Source of the DNA: Halobacteriales archaeon
Lineage (GTDB): Archaea > Halobacteriota > Halobacteria > Halobacteriales > Hikarchaeaceae
DNA length: 34,761 bases
NCBI GenBank assembly: GCA_042219105.1
Contig: JBDGQL010000146.1
Location: 1 to 34,761, forward strand
Direction: 5' to 3'
Below the pieces are notes generated by a model that saw only the letters and a list, made by a program, of their open reading frames with translations, was not told where the DNA came from and ran no database searches. A program made the position numbers and the translations under genes. This document shows positions 7,783 through 16,106 of this stretch, piece by piece; position 1 is the stretch's first letter, and each line of letters starts with the position of its first letter.

Positions 7783-10614
7783 TCAGTCCCAGAACGATCG
7801 CGTCCGGGCGTACTCCCGCTCGCGGGCGAGGATGTCCCGGTAGAAGTCGTCCTCGTCCTCGCGGAGTTTGGCGATGATGCGCGCGGCGTTCGTCGGACCG
7901 ACCCCCCGCGCCGTGAGTGCGATGATGGCCCGCTTGCCGTGTGCCTGGACCAGATTCGCCCGTCTGTGGGCGCGTTCGGTCATGTCGACTTGCTCCTCGG
8001 ACTTGTCGTCCGATCGGACTGCCTGGACGACCTCGTCGGCCATCGGATGCAGGGCGGCGATCCGGGTCGACCCGCAGTCGGGGCATTCGGGATCCTCGGG
8101 GGCGCGTTTCACCGTCGTCGTCCGCTCCCAGCCCGCACAGTGCAGGCAGAACAGCCGCACCCGATCCTCCTGGAGGCGTTCTTTCACGGTCTCGATCACG
8201 CTCGCGTCGGCGTCCTCCGGGGCGAGCAGATCGCGCCCGCTTGACCGGCCGGCGGTCCCGACCGGCGTCCGGCCGTCGGCGATGACGAGGTCGAGATCGC
8301 CGTCCTGGAGGGCGGCGAGCAGGTCACTCGCCCGCCCGGCGTCGAGGTCGTCGTGGAAAATCGACCGGACCGCCTCCTCGTACACCGGCGTGTCCTCCAG
8401 CGCGGCGAGCAGGCGACCGGCGCCGATCCCGTCGCCGCTGCCCTGCCAGCGCTTGAGCGCGCCGAAGGTCGTCGCAATCTGCGAGAGCCTGAACTTCAGC
8501 GTCTCCGATCGCTTCAGAGCGAGTTCGAGTAGCGCCTCGACGTGGTCGGGGTCGGTGTCGAGAAGCACCTCCCGGACGTCACTCGCGTGGACGCCTCCCG
8601 GAACGTCGAGTTCGACGCGATAGGGGTCGATTTCCATCCCCACCGAAGAGCCGGCTGCCTGTCCGAGCAGTGACGCGACCACGCGCCCGATCGTCTCGTT
8701 GACCTCGTGGCCGGCGGCGACGTTGATCACGACCGTCCCGCCCGCGGCCTCGATCACCAGTCGCCCGTCGGTCGGGATCGGGTGTCCCTCACTGACCCCT
8801 TCCGCGATCGGTTCGATGGCCTCCGCGATCGTTCCGGGATCGGCGGGGTAGCGCCGCGCGAGGTCGCGGGCCACTTGTTTCCGATCCCCGCCGGCCTCGA
8901 ACTGGCTCGCGGCGACGCTTCGCATCTCGCCGACCTCCCCGGCCACAGCGTAGGGCACCGGAATCTCTTGGCCGGTCCAGGCGGGCACCTCGCCGCCGGG
9001 ATCCTCCATCGGGGTGGCGTTGACCCGCGTCTCCTCCTCGTCGATCTCGGCGATCCGCCAGAGTTCGCCACGCTGGATGAACGTCGCTCCCGGCTCGGCG
9101 AAGTCGACGACGAACCGCTCATCGAGGCTGCCAACGCGCTCGCCCGCCGCCATGTCGTACACCTCGTAGGTCTCCTCGTCGGGGATCATCGAGAGGTTGC
9201 GGTAGAAGTACTGCCAGGTACCCCGGCGCTTCTCGATGCGGTCCGCATCCTCCTCGAGCCAGACGACCCGATTGCCCGCGAGTTCCCGCAGGACCGATTT
9301 GAACTCGTCCTTGGAAAGATCACGGAAGGGGTAGGCCCGCCGCACGATCTCGTAGGACTCGCGGGCGTCGATCTCGCCTTCATCCATGACGATCCCGGCG
9401 ATCTGGTTGGCGACGGTGTCGAGACTCCCGTGGTGGATGTCCGCGGGTTCGCTCTCTCCGTCGAGAGCGCGGCGGGCGATCGCGAGTGCTTCCATCGTGT
9501 CGTCGCCGCCCCGGGTTACGACCGTCCCCTCCGACACGCGATCGGCGCGGTGGCCCGCCCGCCCCACGCGCTGGAGCAGGCGGGTCACCTCCCGGGGGCT
9601 GCCGTACTGGATCACGTGATCGACCCGGCCCACGTCGATCCCCAGTTCCATCGAGGAGGTACACAGCAGGGCGTCGATCTCGCCGGATTTGAACCGGTTC
9701 TCGACGTCGACGCGCGTCTCCCGGGAGAGCGAGCCGTGGTGGACGCCGACGTTCGCCCCGATGGACTTGAACCGCGACCCCATCGCCTCGGCCGTCTGGC
9801 GGGTGTTGACGAAGATCAGCGTCGACGCGTTCTCCGCGACGACCTCCCGGATCGCCCGGACGTGGCTCGCGACCTCGGGCTCACAGACGAGTTCCGTCGC
9901 CAGTCGCTCGTCGCCGTCGGTCACGTCGGGATTGTGCACCGTCAGATCGAGTCTGCTGCCCGCGTCTACCTCGACCAGTTCGGGGTCGTTCCCGCCCGTG
10001 AGAAAGCGGCCGACCTCCTTTGGATCCCCGACCGTCGCGGACAGGCCGATCCGCCGGAACTCCCCGGCGACCTCACGCAGGCGTTCGAGGCCGACGGCGA
10101 GTTGGGCTCCCCGTTTCGAGGCGGCGAGTTCGTGGATCTCGTCGACGACGACGTGCTCGACGGGCGAGAGCGCCCGGCGCAGTTTCTCGCCGGTGAGCAT
10201 CGCCTGGAGCGTCTCGGGCGTCGTGACGAGCACGTCCGGGGGGTTTTCGGCCTGCTGTCGGCGCTGGTAGTCGGTGGTGTCGCCGTGGCGGACGTCAATA
10301 TCGAGGTCGAGTTCGTCGCCCCACCACTCCAGCCGTCCGCGCATATCGCGGTTGAGTGCGCGCAACGGTGTGACGTACAGCGCGGACATGCCCCACACTG
10401 AATCGCCGATGAGGTCGGAGAACACGGGCAACATCGCGGTCTCGGTCTTGCCACTCCCCGTCGGCGCGATCACGAGGCCGTCCTCGCTGCCCGCGAGCGC
10501 CGGGATTGCCCGGCGCTGTGGCTCCGTCGGGTTAGTGAACCCACGCTCGGCGAGAGCGTCCCTGACCGGCGGCGCCAGGTGGTCGAACACCGCCTGTTCG
10601 CGGGCGTCGTGCAC
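7783..10614 (-). CDS. lhr: Lhr-type ATP-dependent DEAD/DEAH-box helicase
   Basis: 943 aa. Q-motif/Walker A (PTEPQRRAIP...APTGSGKTE), DEIH box (VVVDEIHEL), SAT, and motif VI (QRVGRAGHR). The long C-terminal domain carries a CxxC...CxxC zinc ribbon (CLHCAGW...CPDCGS). The GTG start at 10614 is the only in-frame start upstream of the Q motif. Confidence 0.9.
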   Translation of the reverse strand: MHDAREQAVFDHLAPPVRDALAERGFTNPTEPQRRAIPALAGSEDGLVIAPTGSGKTETAMLPVFSDLIGDSVWGMSALYVTPLRALNRDMRGRLEWWGDELDLDIDVRHGDTTDYQRRQQAENPPDVLVTTPETLQAMLTGEKLRRALSPVEHVVVDEIHELAASKRGAQLAVGLERLREVAGEFRRIGLSATVGDPKEVGRFLTGGNDPELVEVDAGSRLDLTVHNPDVTDGDERLATELVCEPEVASHVRAIREVVAENASTLIFVNTRQTAEAMGSRFKSIGANVGVHHGSLSRETRVDVENRFKSGEIDALLCTSSMELGIDVGRVDHVIQYGSPREVTRLLQRVGRAGHRADRVSEGTVVTRGGDDTMEALAIARRALDGESEPADIHHGSLDTVANQIAGIVMDEGEIDARESYEIVRRAYPFRDLSKDEFKSVLRELAGNRVVWLEEDADRIEKRRGTWQYFYRNLSMIPDEETYEVYDMAAGERVGSLDERFVVDFAEPGATFIQRGELWRIAEIDEEETRVNATPMEDPGGEVPAWTGQEIPVPYAVAGEVGEMRSVAASQFEAGGDRKQVARDLARRYPADPGTIAEAIEPIAEGVSEGHPIPTDGRLVIEAAGGTVVINVAAGHEVNETIGRVVASLLGQAAGSSVGMEIDPYRVELDVPGGVHASDVREVLLDTDPDHVEALLELALKRSETLKFRLSQIATTFGALKRWQGSGDGIGAGRLLAALEDTPVYEEAVRSIFHDDLDAGRASDLLAALQDGDLDLVIADGRTPVGTAGRSSGRDLLAPEDADASVIETVKERLQEDRVRLFCLHCAGWERTTTVKRAPEDPECPDCGSTRIAALHPMADEVVQAVRSDDKSEEQVDMTERAHRRANLVQAHGKRAIIALTARGVGPTNAARIIAKLREDEDDFYRDILAREREYARTRSFWD

Positions 10615-10643
10615 TGGAATTCGGTAGGGTCCTCGCTGGATTA

Positions 10644-10723
10644 ATACTGTCGGCTGTAAGTTCGTGGAGGAATTCGCTATCCCGGGGTGGCGAATATCTC
10701 CATCGAGTCGTGACCGACAGTAT
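10644..10723. mobile_element. MITE-like element, family B (B1, complete)
   Basis: 80 bp. Terminal inverted repeat atactgtcggctgt...gtgaccgacagtat and an internal palindrome ggaggaattcgc...ccgggg...gcgaat.tctcc. About 90% identical to 30453..30518. Confidence 0.75.
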
Positions 10724-10897
10724 CACAACCTCTTCCTTGTTGTTGAACCGCTCAACCTCTCCAATCTCCGCGACGATCGTCGCGGCAAGCACTGGACCGA
10801 TGCCGGGAATAGTCATGAGCAGCTGGGTCTCTTTCCACGTGGCAGCAATCTCGTCTATTTCATTCTGGAGACGCTCGATCTGCTCATCGAGTGTCTC
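10724..10897 (-). pseudogene. IS110-family transposase, internal fragment only
   Basis: The minus-strand translation ETLDEQIERLQNEIDEIAATWKETQLLMTIPGIGPVLAATIVAEIGEVERFNNKEEVV matches the hallmark L..IPGIG...A..l.aEiG...RF segment of IS110 (Transposase_20) proteins. The DEDD N-terminal domain and the C-terminus are both absent. Bounded by MITE B1 and MITE A1. Confidence 0.8.
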
Positions 10898-10979
10898 ATA
10901 ATGTCTGTTGTAGCTGTTTACCGGTGATCGCCACCCCCGGTGGCGGCGAGCACCGGTAAGAGACTACAACAGACATTAT
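10898..10979. mobile_element. MITE-like hairpin element, family A (A1)
   Basis: 82-bp imperfect palindrome ataatgtctgttgtag-ctgtttaccggtgatcgccacc-ccc-ggtggcggcgagcaccggtaagaga-ctacaacagacattat. 100% identical to 30167..30248 and to the reverse complement of 30371..30452. Confidence 0.85.
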
Positions 10980-11009
10980 GAAAGCTGGACTACAGGGTGT
11001 TTGGGAAAG

Positions 11010-11504
11010 TTATTCTAAATTGAATAGTTGCTGTGCTCTGCGGTAGATGGGTGCTCCGAGCCAGTCCCGCGTCTCCGCCAGTTCATCCAGTCGATTCATT
11101 GCTTCTTCTTGTTCGAGGACTCCGCGTTGCACGAGTGCTTTCAGGACGATGGGTGAGATGGCAACCCGGGTGTTGACGAGTGTTTGGAGTTCGGGGAGTG
11201 CTCGCAGGTCGTCCGTGATGAGGAAGTCGGCATCGAGTTCCCGGGTGAGTAGACTGCAGCTGGCTTCACCCGGGTCGATCCGGGAGGACTGGAACTTTAG
11301 ATCCCCTACATCGTGAATGTTGAGTTTCTCCCGGTGCTCTAGAACGGTTTGGGCTGCTTCTCCGTGCGGGTCCTGGTATTGGCTTGTGTCTTCCAGTTTT
11401 TCGATTACTGTTTCCGTGGTGTGGACGTCAAATTCGGAGAGGAAGGGTTTGAGTGTGTCTGCGGTGGTGAGTGAGATGAGGCTGCTGGTGTCTGCAACGA
11501 TCAT
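11010..11504 (-). CDS. PIN-domain protein (COG2405-like), putative toxin
   Basis: 164 aa. N-terminal MIVADTSSLISL carries the first PIN acidic residue; GEASCSLLTRELDADFLITDDLRA carries the conserved TDD. The C-terminal helical extension is typical of COG2405/DUF3368-type PIN proteins. Lies 15 nt downstream of an RHH gene. Confidence 0.6.
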   Translation of the reverse strand: MIVADTSSLISLTTADTLKPFLSEFDVHTTETVIEKLEDTSQYQDPHGEAAQTVLEHREKLNIHDVGDLKFQSSRIDPGEASCSLLTRELDADFLITDDLRALPELQTLVNTRVAISPIVLKALVQRGVLEQEEAMNRLDELAETRDWLGAPIYRRAQQLFNLE

Positions 11505-11519
11505 CGGTTATCCGGGCTC

Positions 11520-11819
11520 TTAGAGTTCTGCGAGTTCGTCTGCGAGTTCGTCTCCCCGGTCAAGCAGTTTTTTCGAGGCCCGGACTGATTCGGCGTCCTG
11601 CCGCCCGATGAACTCTTTCAACACCTTGAAGCTGATCTCGTCGTCGAGGTAGAGTTCGATGACGGCTTCGCGGAATTCGCCCTCGTTTTCGGCTTCTTGG
11701 AGGTATTCTTGGAGTGCTTCGGTGATGATCTGTGTCCGGTTTGTGTGTGAGACTTTGGCGGCGACATCGGCCTTTTCGACGAGTTCGTCGGGGAGTCGGA
11801 AGTTGACTTTCTTGGTCAT
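11520..11819 (-). CDS. Ribbon-helix-helix (CopG-like) protein, putative antitoxin
   Basis: MTKKVNFRLPDELVEKADVAAKVSHTNRTQIITEALQEYL is a typical RHH beta-strand plus two helices. Start chosen at ATG 11817-11819 because a TATA-like gtatatac (11838-11846) lies about 25 nt upstream. Confidence 0.65.
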   Translation of the reverse strand: MTKKVNFRLPDELVEKADVAAKVSHTNRTQIITEALQEYLQEAENEGEFREAVIELYLDDEISFKVLKEFIGRQDAESVRASKKLLDRGDELADELAEL

Positions 11820-12144
11820 GGACCACACCAACTTTTGTATATACGTTGTACCTACAATTTTATAAATCAACCGCAGAAATGCCCGTCACCGCATACCACC
11901 GTCGAGGCTCAGTCTAATCCTTTGCGTACGACGCGGCGCTTGCTCGTGGTCAGTTCTTTTATTACTGGCGCGTCTTTAAGAATCTTGGGAGACGGAAGGT
12001 CAAGATTTGTGGACATGCAAACACGTCCCTTCTCGTCTCCCTAACTGAATTTCGGAAATCGGACGCTCGTCTAGACGGCTATTTACGGAAACGGAAGCAA
12101 GCGACGGTGCGAGCTAATTACCGAACAGGGTTGTTCGCGAAAAG

Positions 12145-12235
12145 TGCGTCGGCTGGGATTTGAACCCCAGTCGCTCCCGTTCGCTCGCGGTGCTCGCTCA
12201 CCTCCCGCTCCCTGCTTCAAATCCGCCGTGACGCA
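12145..12235. repeat. 91-bp inverted-repeat element with termini resembling the tRNA-Gly 3-prime end
   Basis: The left arm tgcgtcggctgggatttgaa and the right arm ttcaaatccgccgtgacgca are inverted copies of each other. Both resemble the acceptor/T-arm end of the adjacent tRNA (tgcgtcggccgggatttgaa). No D-arm or anticodon arm can be folded. Confidence 0.6.
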
Positions 12236-12264
12236 TTCACTCCTCACATTCGTTCGTCGCAGAA

Positions 12265-12335
12265 TGCGTCGGCCGGGATTTGAACCCGGGTTAGGACCGT
12301 GGCAGGGTCCTGTGATACCACTACACCACCGACGC
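12265..12335 (-). tRNA. tRNA-Gly (anticodon GCC)
   Basis: The minus strand GCGUCGG-UG-GUGU-AGUGGUA-UCAC-A-GGACC-CUGCCAC-GGUCC-UAAC-CCGGG-UUCAAAU-CCCGG-CCGACGC-A folds into a canonical 71-nt cloverleaf. CCA is not encoded. A TATA-like ccttttatt lies about 30 nt upstream (12362-12370). Confidence 0.93.
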
Positions 12336-12541
12336 AGGCACTACAGTATCGCCCGGTCCCGAATAAAAGGATTGCGAAAGACCGGATTCACCCGCGTCAA
12401 GAGAGCGGACCGATCGTGCGACAGCGTGGCGTAGTTTTGGCCTGCGAGGCGCTCACACGCCGGACCCCGAAACGCCACGCTTTTACAACCCGATACGGTA
12501 AGGCATCTACAGTCTGCCAGGCGAACGCAGGAGCGAGGGTG

Positions 12542-13354
12542 ATGACACGAACGATACTCGTCCCCTCCTCGCTCGTTCGGGAAGCCGAAGACAAGCGGGA
12601 GGCGACCCGGAAGATCGGATACGTGGCTCGCGCCGCGACCGTCTTCCGGATCGACCGCCTGCTGGTCTTTCCGGATCCCGACGGCGAGGGCCGGTGGGGC
12701 GAGTCGTTCGTCGAAACGGTGCTCGCGTACGCGGCAACGCCGCCCCATCTCCGAAAGGAGGTCTGGGACCGCCGCGCCGAACTCGAGTACGCGGGCATTC
12801 TGCCCCCGCTTCGGCAGACGCCACAGACCGGCTCCGGATCGAACGGTTCGGGGTCGTCAAGACAGGGAATCGTGACCGAGGTCGGATCTGACGGGCGCGT
12901 CCGGGTCAATTGCGGACTGCAACACCCGATCTCCCTCGTCGTCCCCTCCGGAATGGAGGTCGACGCGGGAGAGCGCGTGACCGTCAGCATCTCTTCGCGA
13001 GATCCGGTCCGGGCCCGACTCACCGAAGAGCCCCCGCCGGGGTTTCGGGTCGGGTCATCGGACCTTTCGGCCGCCCTCGATTCCGAGGACGGACTCACAA
13101 TCGCCGCCTCCCGGTACGGCGACCCCCTCACGACGGGTCGCCTGCAGGGACTCCTCGGGCGCACGACGGAGGGACTGATAGTCGCCTTCGGCGCGCCCGA
13201 GCGCGGCCTGCCAGCCGTTCTTGGCGTCGAGGCCGGCGATCCCGAAGCTGGATTCGACCTGTGGCTGAACACGGTTCCGAACCAGGGAAGCGAGGTTGTG
13301 CGCACCGAGGAGGCGGTGTTCGCCACGCTCGCGCCCCTGACACTCACGGAGTGA
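12542..13354 (+). CDS. Putative SPOUT-class RNA methyltransferase (DUF171 / Methyltrn_RNA_3-like)
   Basis: MTRTILVPSSLVREAEDKREATRKIGYVARAATVFRIDRLLVFPD... and the C-terminal NTVPNQGSEVVRTEEAV resemble the archaeal DUF171 family that commonly precedes rpl3. The ORF-track start at 12299 overlaps the tRNA, so the start was moved to ATG 12542. Confidence 0.65.
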   Translation: MTRTILVPSSLVREAEDKREATRKIGYVARAATVFRIDRLLVFPDPDGEGRWGESFVETVLAYAATPPHLRKEVWDRRAELEYAGILPPLRQTPQTGSGSNGSGSSRQGIVTEVGSDGRVRVNCGLQHPISLVVPSGMEVDAGERVTVSISSRDPVRARLTEEPPPGFRVGSSDLSAALDSEDGLTIAASRYGDPLTTGRLQGLLGRTTEGLIVAFGAPERGLPAVLGVEAGDPEAGFDLWLNTVPNQGSEVVRTEEAVFATLAPLTLTE

Positions 13355-13358
13355 TACG

Positions 13359-14372
13359 ATGCCACAATCACACAGACCACGCAAAGGGTCGCTGGCGTTC
13401 GGGCCCAGGAAGCGCGCGGGCGATTCAGTTCCGCGCTTCAACTCCTGGCCCGAGGACGACGGACAGCCGACGCTCCAGGGGTTCGCCGGGTACAAGGCCG
13501 GCATGAGCCACGTCGTGATGATCAACGACGGCGGCGACTCCCCACGACAGGGCATGGAGGAGACCGTGCCCGTGACGATCGTGGAGACACCCCCAATGCG
13601 CGCAGTTGCGCTGCGAGCCTACGAGGACACCCCCTACGGGAAACGCCCACTCACCGAGGTGTGGACCGACGATCTGCACGCGGACCTCTCGCGGGCGCTC
13701 GACGCCCCCAAGGACCACGACGCAGACGCCGCCGAGACCGACATCCGGTCGGCCCTCAAGGCTGGCGACGTCGCCGATATCCGCCTGATCACCCACACCG
13801 TTCCCGGTGAGATCGCCGGCGTTCCCAAGAAGCGCCCCGACGTGATGGAGACACGCGTCGGTGGCGGTTCCATCGAGGAGCGCTTCGAGCACGGACTCGA
13901 CGTCCTCGCGGAGGGTGGATCCCACTCGATCGACTCGGTGTTCCGCGCCGGCGAGTACGCCGACGTTGGCGGGATCACCAAGGGCAAGGGCACGCAAGGC
14001 CCCGTCAAGCGCTGGGGCGTCCAGAAACGCAAAGGAAAGCACGCACGCCAGGGGTGGCGACGCCGGATCGGCAACCTGGGGCCGTGGAACCCCTCGCGGG
14101 TTCGCTCGACGGTGCCCCAGCAGGGCCAGACCGGTTACCACCAGCGCACCGAACTCAACAAGCGCGTCATCGACCTCGGCGACGAGGCGGTCACGCCCGA
14201 CGGCGGCTTCGTCAACTACGGCGAGGTCTCCGGGGAGTACGCGATTCTGAAGGGTTCGGTGCCGGGTCCGGAAAAGCGGTTGATCCGGCTGCGGCCGGCG
14301 GTCAGGCCGAGCGATCAGCCACGCCTCGACCCCGAGGTGCGGTACGTCTCGACGACATCGAACCAGGGGTGA
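13359..14372 (+). CDS. rpl3: 50S ribosomal protein uL3
   Basis: MPQSHRPRKGSLAFGPRKRA...GYKAGMSHV...TKGKGTQGPVKRWG. First gene of the conserved archaeal cluster. Confidence 0.97.
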   Translation: MPQSHRPRKGSLAFGPRKRAGDSVPRFNSWPEDDGQPTLQGFAGYKAGMSHVVMINDGGDSPRQGMEETVPVTIVETPPMRAVALRAYEDTPYGKRPLTEVWTDDLHADLSRALDAPKDHDADAAETDIRSALKAGDVADIRLITHTVPGEIAGVPKKRPDVMETRVGGGSIEERFEHGLDVLAEGGSHSIDSVFRAGEYADVGGITKGKGTQGPVKRWGVQKRKGKHARQGWRRRIGNLGPWNPSRVRSTVPQQGQTGYHQRTELNKRVIDLGDEAVTPDGGFVNYGEVSGEYAILKGSVPGPEKRLIRLRPAVRPSDQPRLDPEVRYVSTTSNQG

Positions 14373-14378
14373 CCACAG

Positions 14379-15122
14379 ATGGACACGACACTACACGACA
14401 CGGACGGCGAGGAGGCGGGGACCACTACCCTGCCGGACGTCTTCGCAACGCCGTATCGCCCGGATCTCATCCGGCGCGCGGTGCTCGCCGCGCAGGCGAA
14501 CCGCAAACAGGACTACGGCGCCGACCCGTTCGCGGGAATGCGGACGCCGGCGGAGTCGCCCGGCAGCGGCCAGGGGATGGCCCACGTCGCGCGCCAGGAC
14601 AACAGAGGCCGGCGCGCGCCGAGCACGGTGAAGGGACGCCCCGCCCACCCACCGAAGGCCGAGAAGGACCGCGGGCTAAGCATCAACGAGAAGGAACGCA
14701 AACAGGCCGTCCGGAGCGCGATCGCCGCGACCGGCGACGCCGAGGTCGTCGCAGAACGCGGTCACGCCTTCGACGACGACCTCGATCTTCCGGTCGTTCT
14801 CGCAGACGACTTCGAGGAACTCGTAAAGACCCAGGAGGTCGTCGCAGTGCTCGAGGAACTCGGCCTGCACGCCGACATCGAGCGCGCCGACGACCGCACC
14901 GTTCGGGCCGGACAGGGGACGACCCGCGGTCGGACGTACCGCCGCCCGTCGTCGATCCTCTTCGTCACCGCCGGAGAGCCATCGAAGGCCGCCCGCAACC
15001 TCGCGGGCGCGGACGTGACGACGGGCCGAGAGGTCAACGCTGAGGACCTCGCGCCCGGCGCCCACGCCGGCCGGCTGACGGTCTGGACCGAGGCAGCAAT
15101 AGCGGAGGTGGCGGACAGATGA
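14379..15122 (+). CDS. rpl4: 50S ribosomal protein uL4
   Basis: Position after rpl3. Typical uL4 sequence LIRRAVLAAQANRKQDYGADPFAGMRT.AES.GSG.G.A. Confidence 0.95.
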   Translation: MDTTLHDTDGEEAGTTTLPDVFATPYRPDLIRRAVLAAQANRKQDYGADPFAGMRTPAESPGSGQGMAHVARQDNRGRRAPSTVKGRPAHPPKAEKDRGLSINEKERKQAVRSAIAATGDAEVVAERGHAFDDDLDLPVVLADDFEELVKTQEVVAVLEELGLHADIERADDRTVRAGQGTTRGRTYRRPSSILFVTAGEPSKAARNLAGADVTTGREVNAEDLAPGAHAGRLTVWTEAAIAEVADR

Positions 15123-15382
15123 GCACGGACCACGACGTGATCAACCACCCACACGTCACCGAGAAGGCGATGGACCTGATGGAGTTCGACAACACGCTCC
15201 AGTTCGTCGTGTCCCTCTCCGCCGACAAGGGCGATATCGCGGACGCCATCGAGGACAGTTACGACGAGGAGGTTGCGAGCGTGAACACACAGATCACGAT
15301 GGACGGCGAAAAGAAGGCGACGGTGCGGTTCGCCGAGGAGGACGCCGCGGAGAACATCATGTCACGTATCGGGGTGTTCTGA
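15119..15382 (+). CDS. rpl23: 50S ribosomal protein uL23
   Basis: 87 aa, VINHPHVTEKAMDLMEFDNTLQFVV. 4-nt overlap with rpl4. Confidence 0.95.
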   Translation: MSTDHDVINHPHVTEKAMDLMEFDNTLQFVVSLSADKGDIADAIEDSYDEEVASVNTQITMDGEKKATVRFAEEDAAENIMSRIGVF

Positions 15383-15383
15383 G

Positions 15384-16106
15384 ATGGGGCGACGCATCCA
15401 GGGACAACGACGCGGTCGGGGAACCCCGACGTTCCGGGCGCCCTCACACCGCTACAAGGCCGACCTACAGCACAGCACTGTCGAGGACGACGACACGATC
15501 GCGGGAGAGGTCGTCGACATCGAGCACGACCCCGCCCGGAGCGCACCGGTTGCCGTCGTCGAGTTCGAGGACGAGGGTCGGCGATACGTCCTCGTTCCCG
15601 AGGGCGTCGGCGTCGGCGAACGTCTCCAGGTGGGCGTCTCCGCGGAGATCAAGCAGGGCAACACGCTGCCGCTTGCGGAGATTCCGGAGGGGATCCCGGT
15701 GTGCAATCTCGAGTCACGACCGGGGGATGGGGGCACGTTCGCCCGTGCCTCCGGGGTCAACGCGACGCTGGTCACGCACGATCGCAACGCGGCGGTCGTT
15801 CAGCTTCCAAGCGGCGACGTCAAGCGGCTGGACCCGCGGTGCCGGGCGACGATCGGCGTGGTCGCCGGCGGCGGCCGCACGGAAAAACCGTTCGTGAAAG
15901 CGGGCAACAAGTACCACAAGATGAAAACGCGGGGCACCAAGTGGCCCCGGGTTCGCGGGGTCGCGATGAACGCCGTCGACCACCCTTTCGGTGGTGGCGG
16001 CCGCCAGCACCCCGGCAAACCCAAAAGCGTCTCGAAGAACACGCCCCCGGGCCGCAAGGTCGGGGACATCTCCTCGCGGCGCACGGGACGTGGAGGTAAC
16101 AAATGA
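15384..16106 (+). CDS. rpl2: 50S ribosomal protein uL2
   Basis: [26 protein letters not shown]...[14 protein letters not shown]. Confidence 0.97.
   Translation: MGRRIQGQRRGRGTPTFRAPSHRYKADLQHSTVEDDDTIAGEVVDIEHDPARSAPVAVVEFEDEGRRYVLVPEGVGVGERLQVGVSAEIKQGNTLPLAEIPEGIPVCNLESRPGDGGTFARASGVNATLVTHDRNAAVVQLPSGDVKRLDPRCRATIGVVAGGGRTEKPFVKAGNKYHKMKTRGTKWPRVRGVAMNAVDHPFGGGGRQHPGKPKSVSKNTPPGRKVGDISSRRTGRGGNK

Noticed and set aside
10898-10979. Element A as the bridge-RNA-encoding end of the adjacent IS110-family element.
   Set aside because: The copy abuts the middle of the transposase coding sequence rather than an IS terminus. The other two copies have no IS110 sequence beside them beyond a shared 5-nt gagac flank. 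The idea is kept only as something to exclude by comparison with full-length IS110 copies.
12144-12262. A second tRNA gene, possibly intron-containing, next to tRNA-Gly, suggested by a T-arm/acceptor-like end (ggttcaaatcccagccgacgca).
   Set aside because: No matching 5-prime acceptor strand, D arm or anticodon arm can be found. The T stem has a mismatch or bulge (ctgggg versus cccag). The sequence instead pairs with an inverted copy of itself 45 nt away, so it is reported as a tRNA-end-like inverted repeat.
12299-12541. The upstream 81 codons of ORF 12299..13354 as part of the methyltransferase.
   Set aside because: The extension overlaps the tRNA-Gly gene and its promoter on the opposite strand, is basic and low-complexity, and the conserved family sequence begins at MTRTILVP (ATG 12542).
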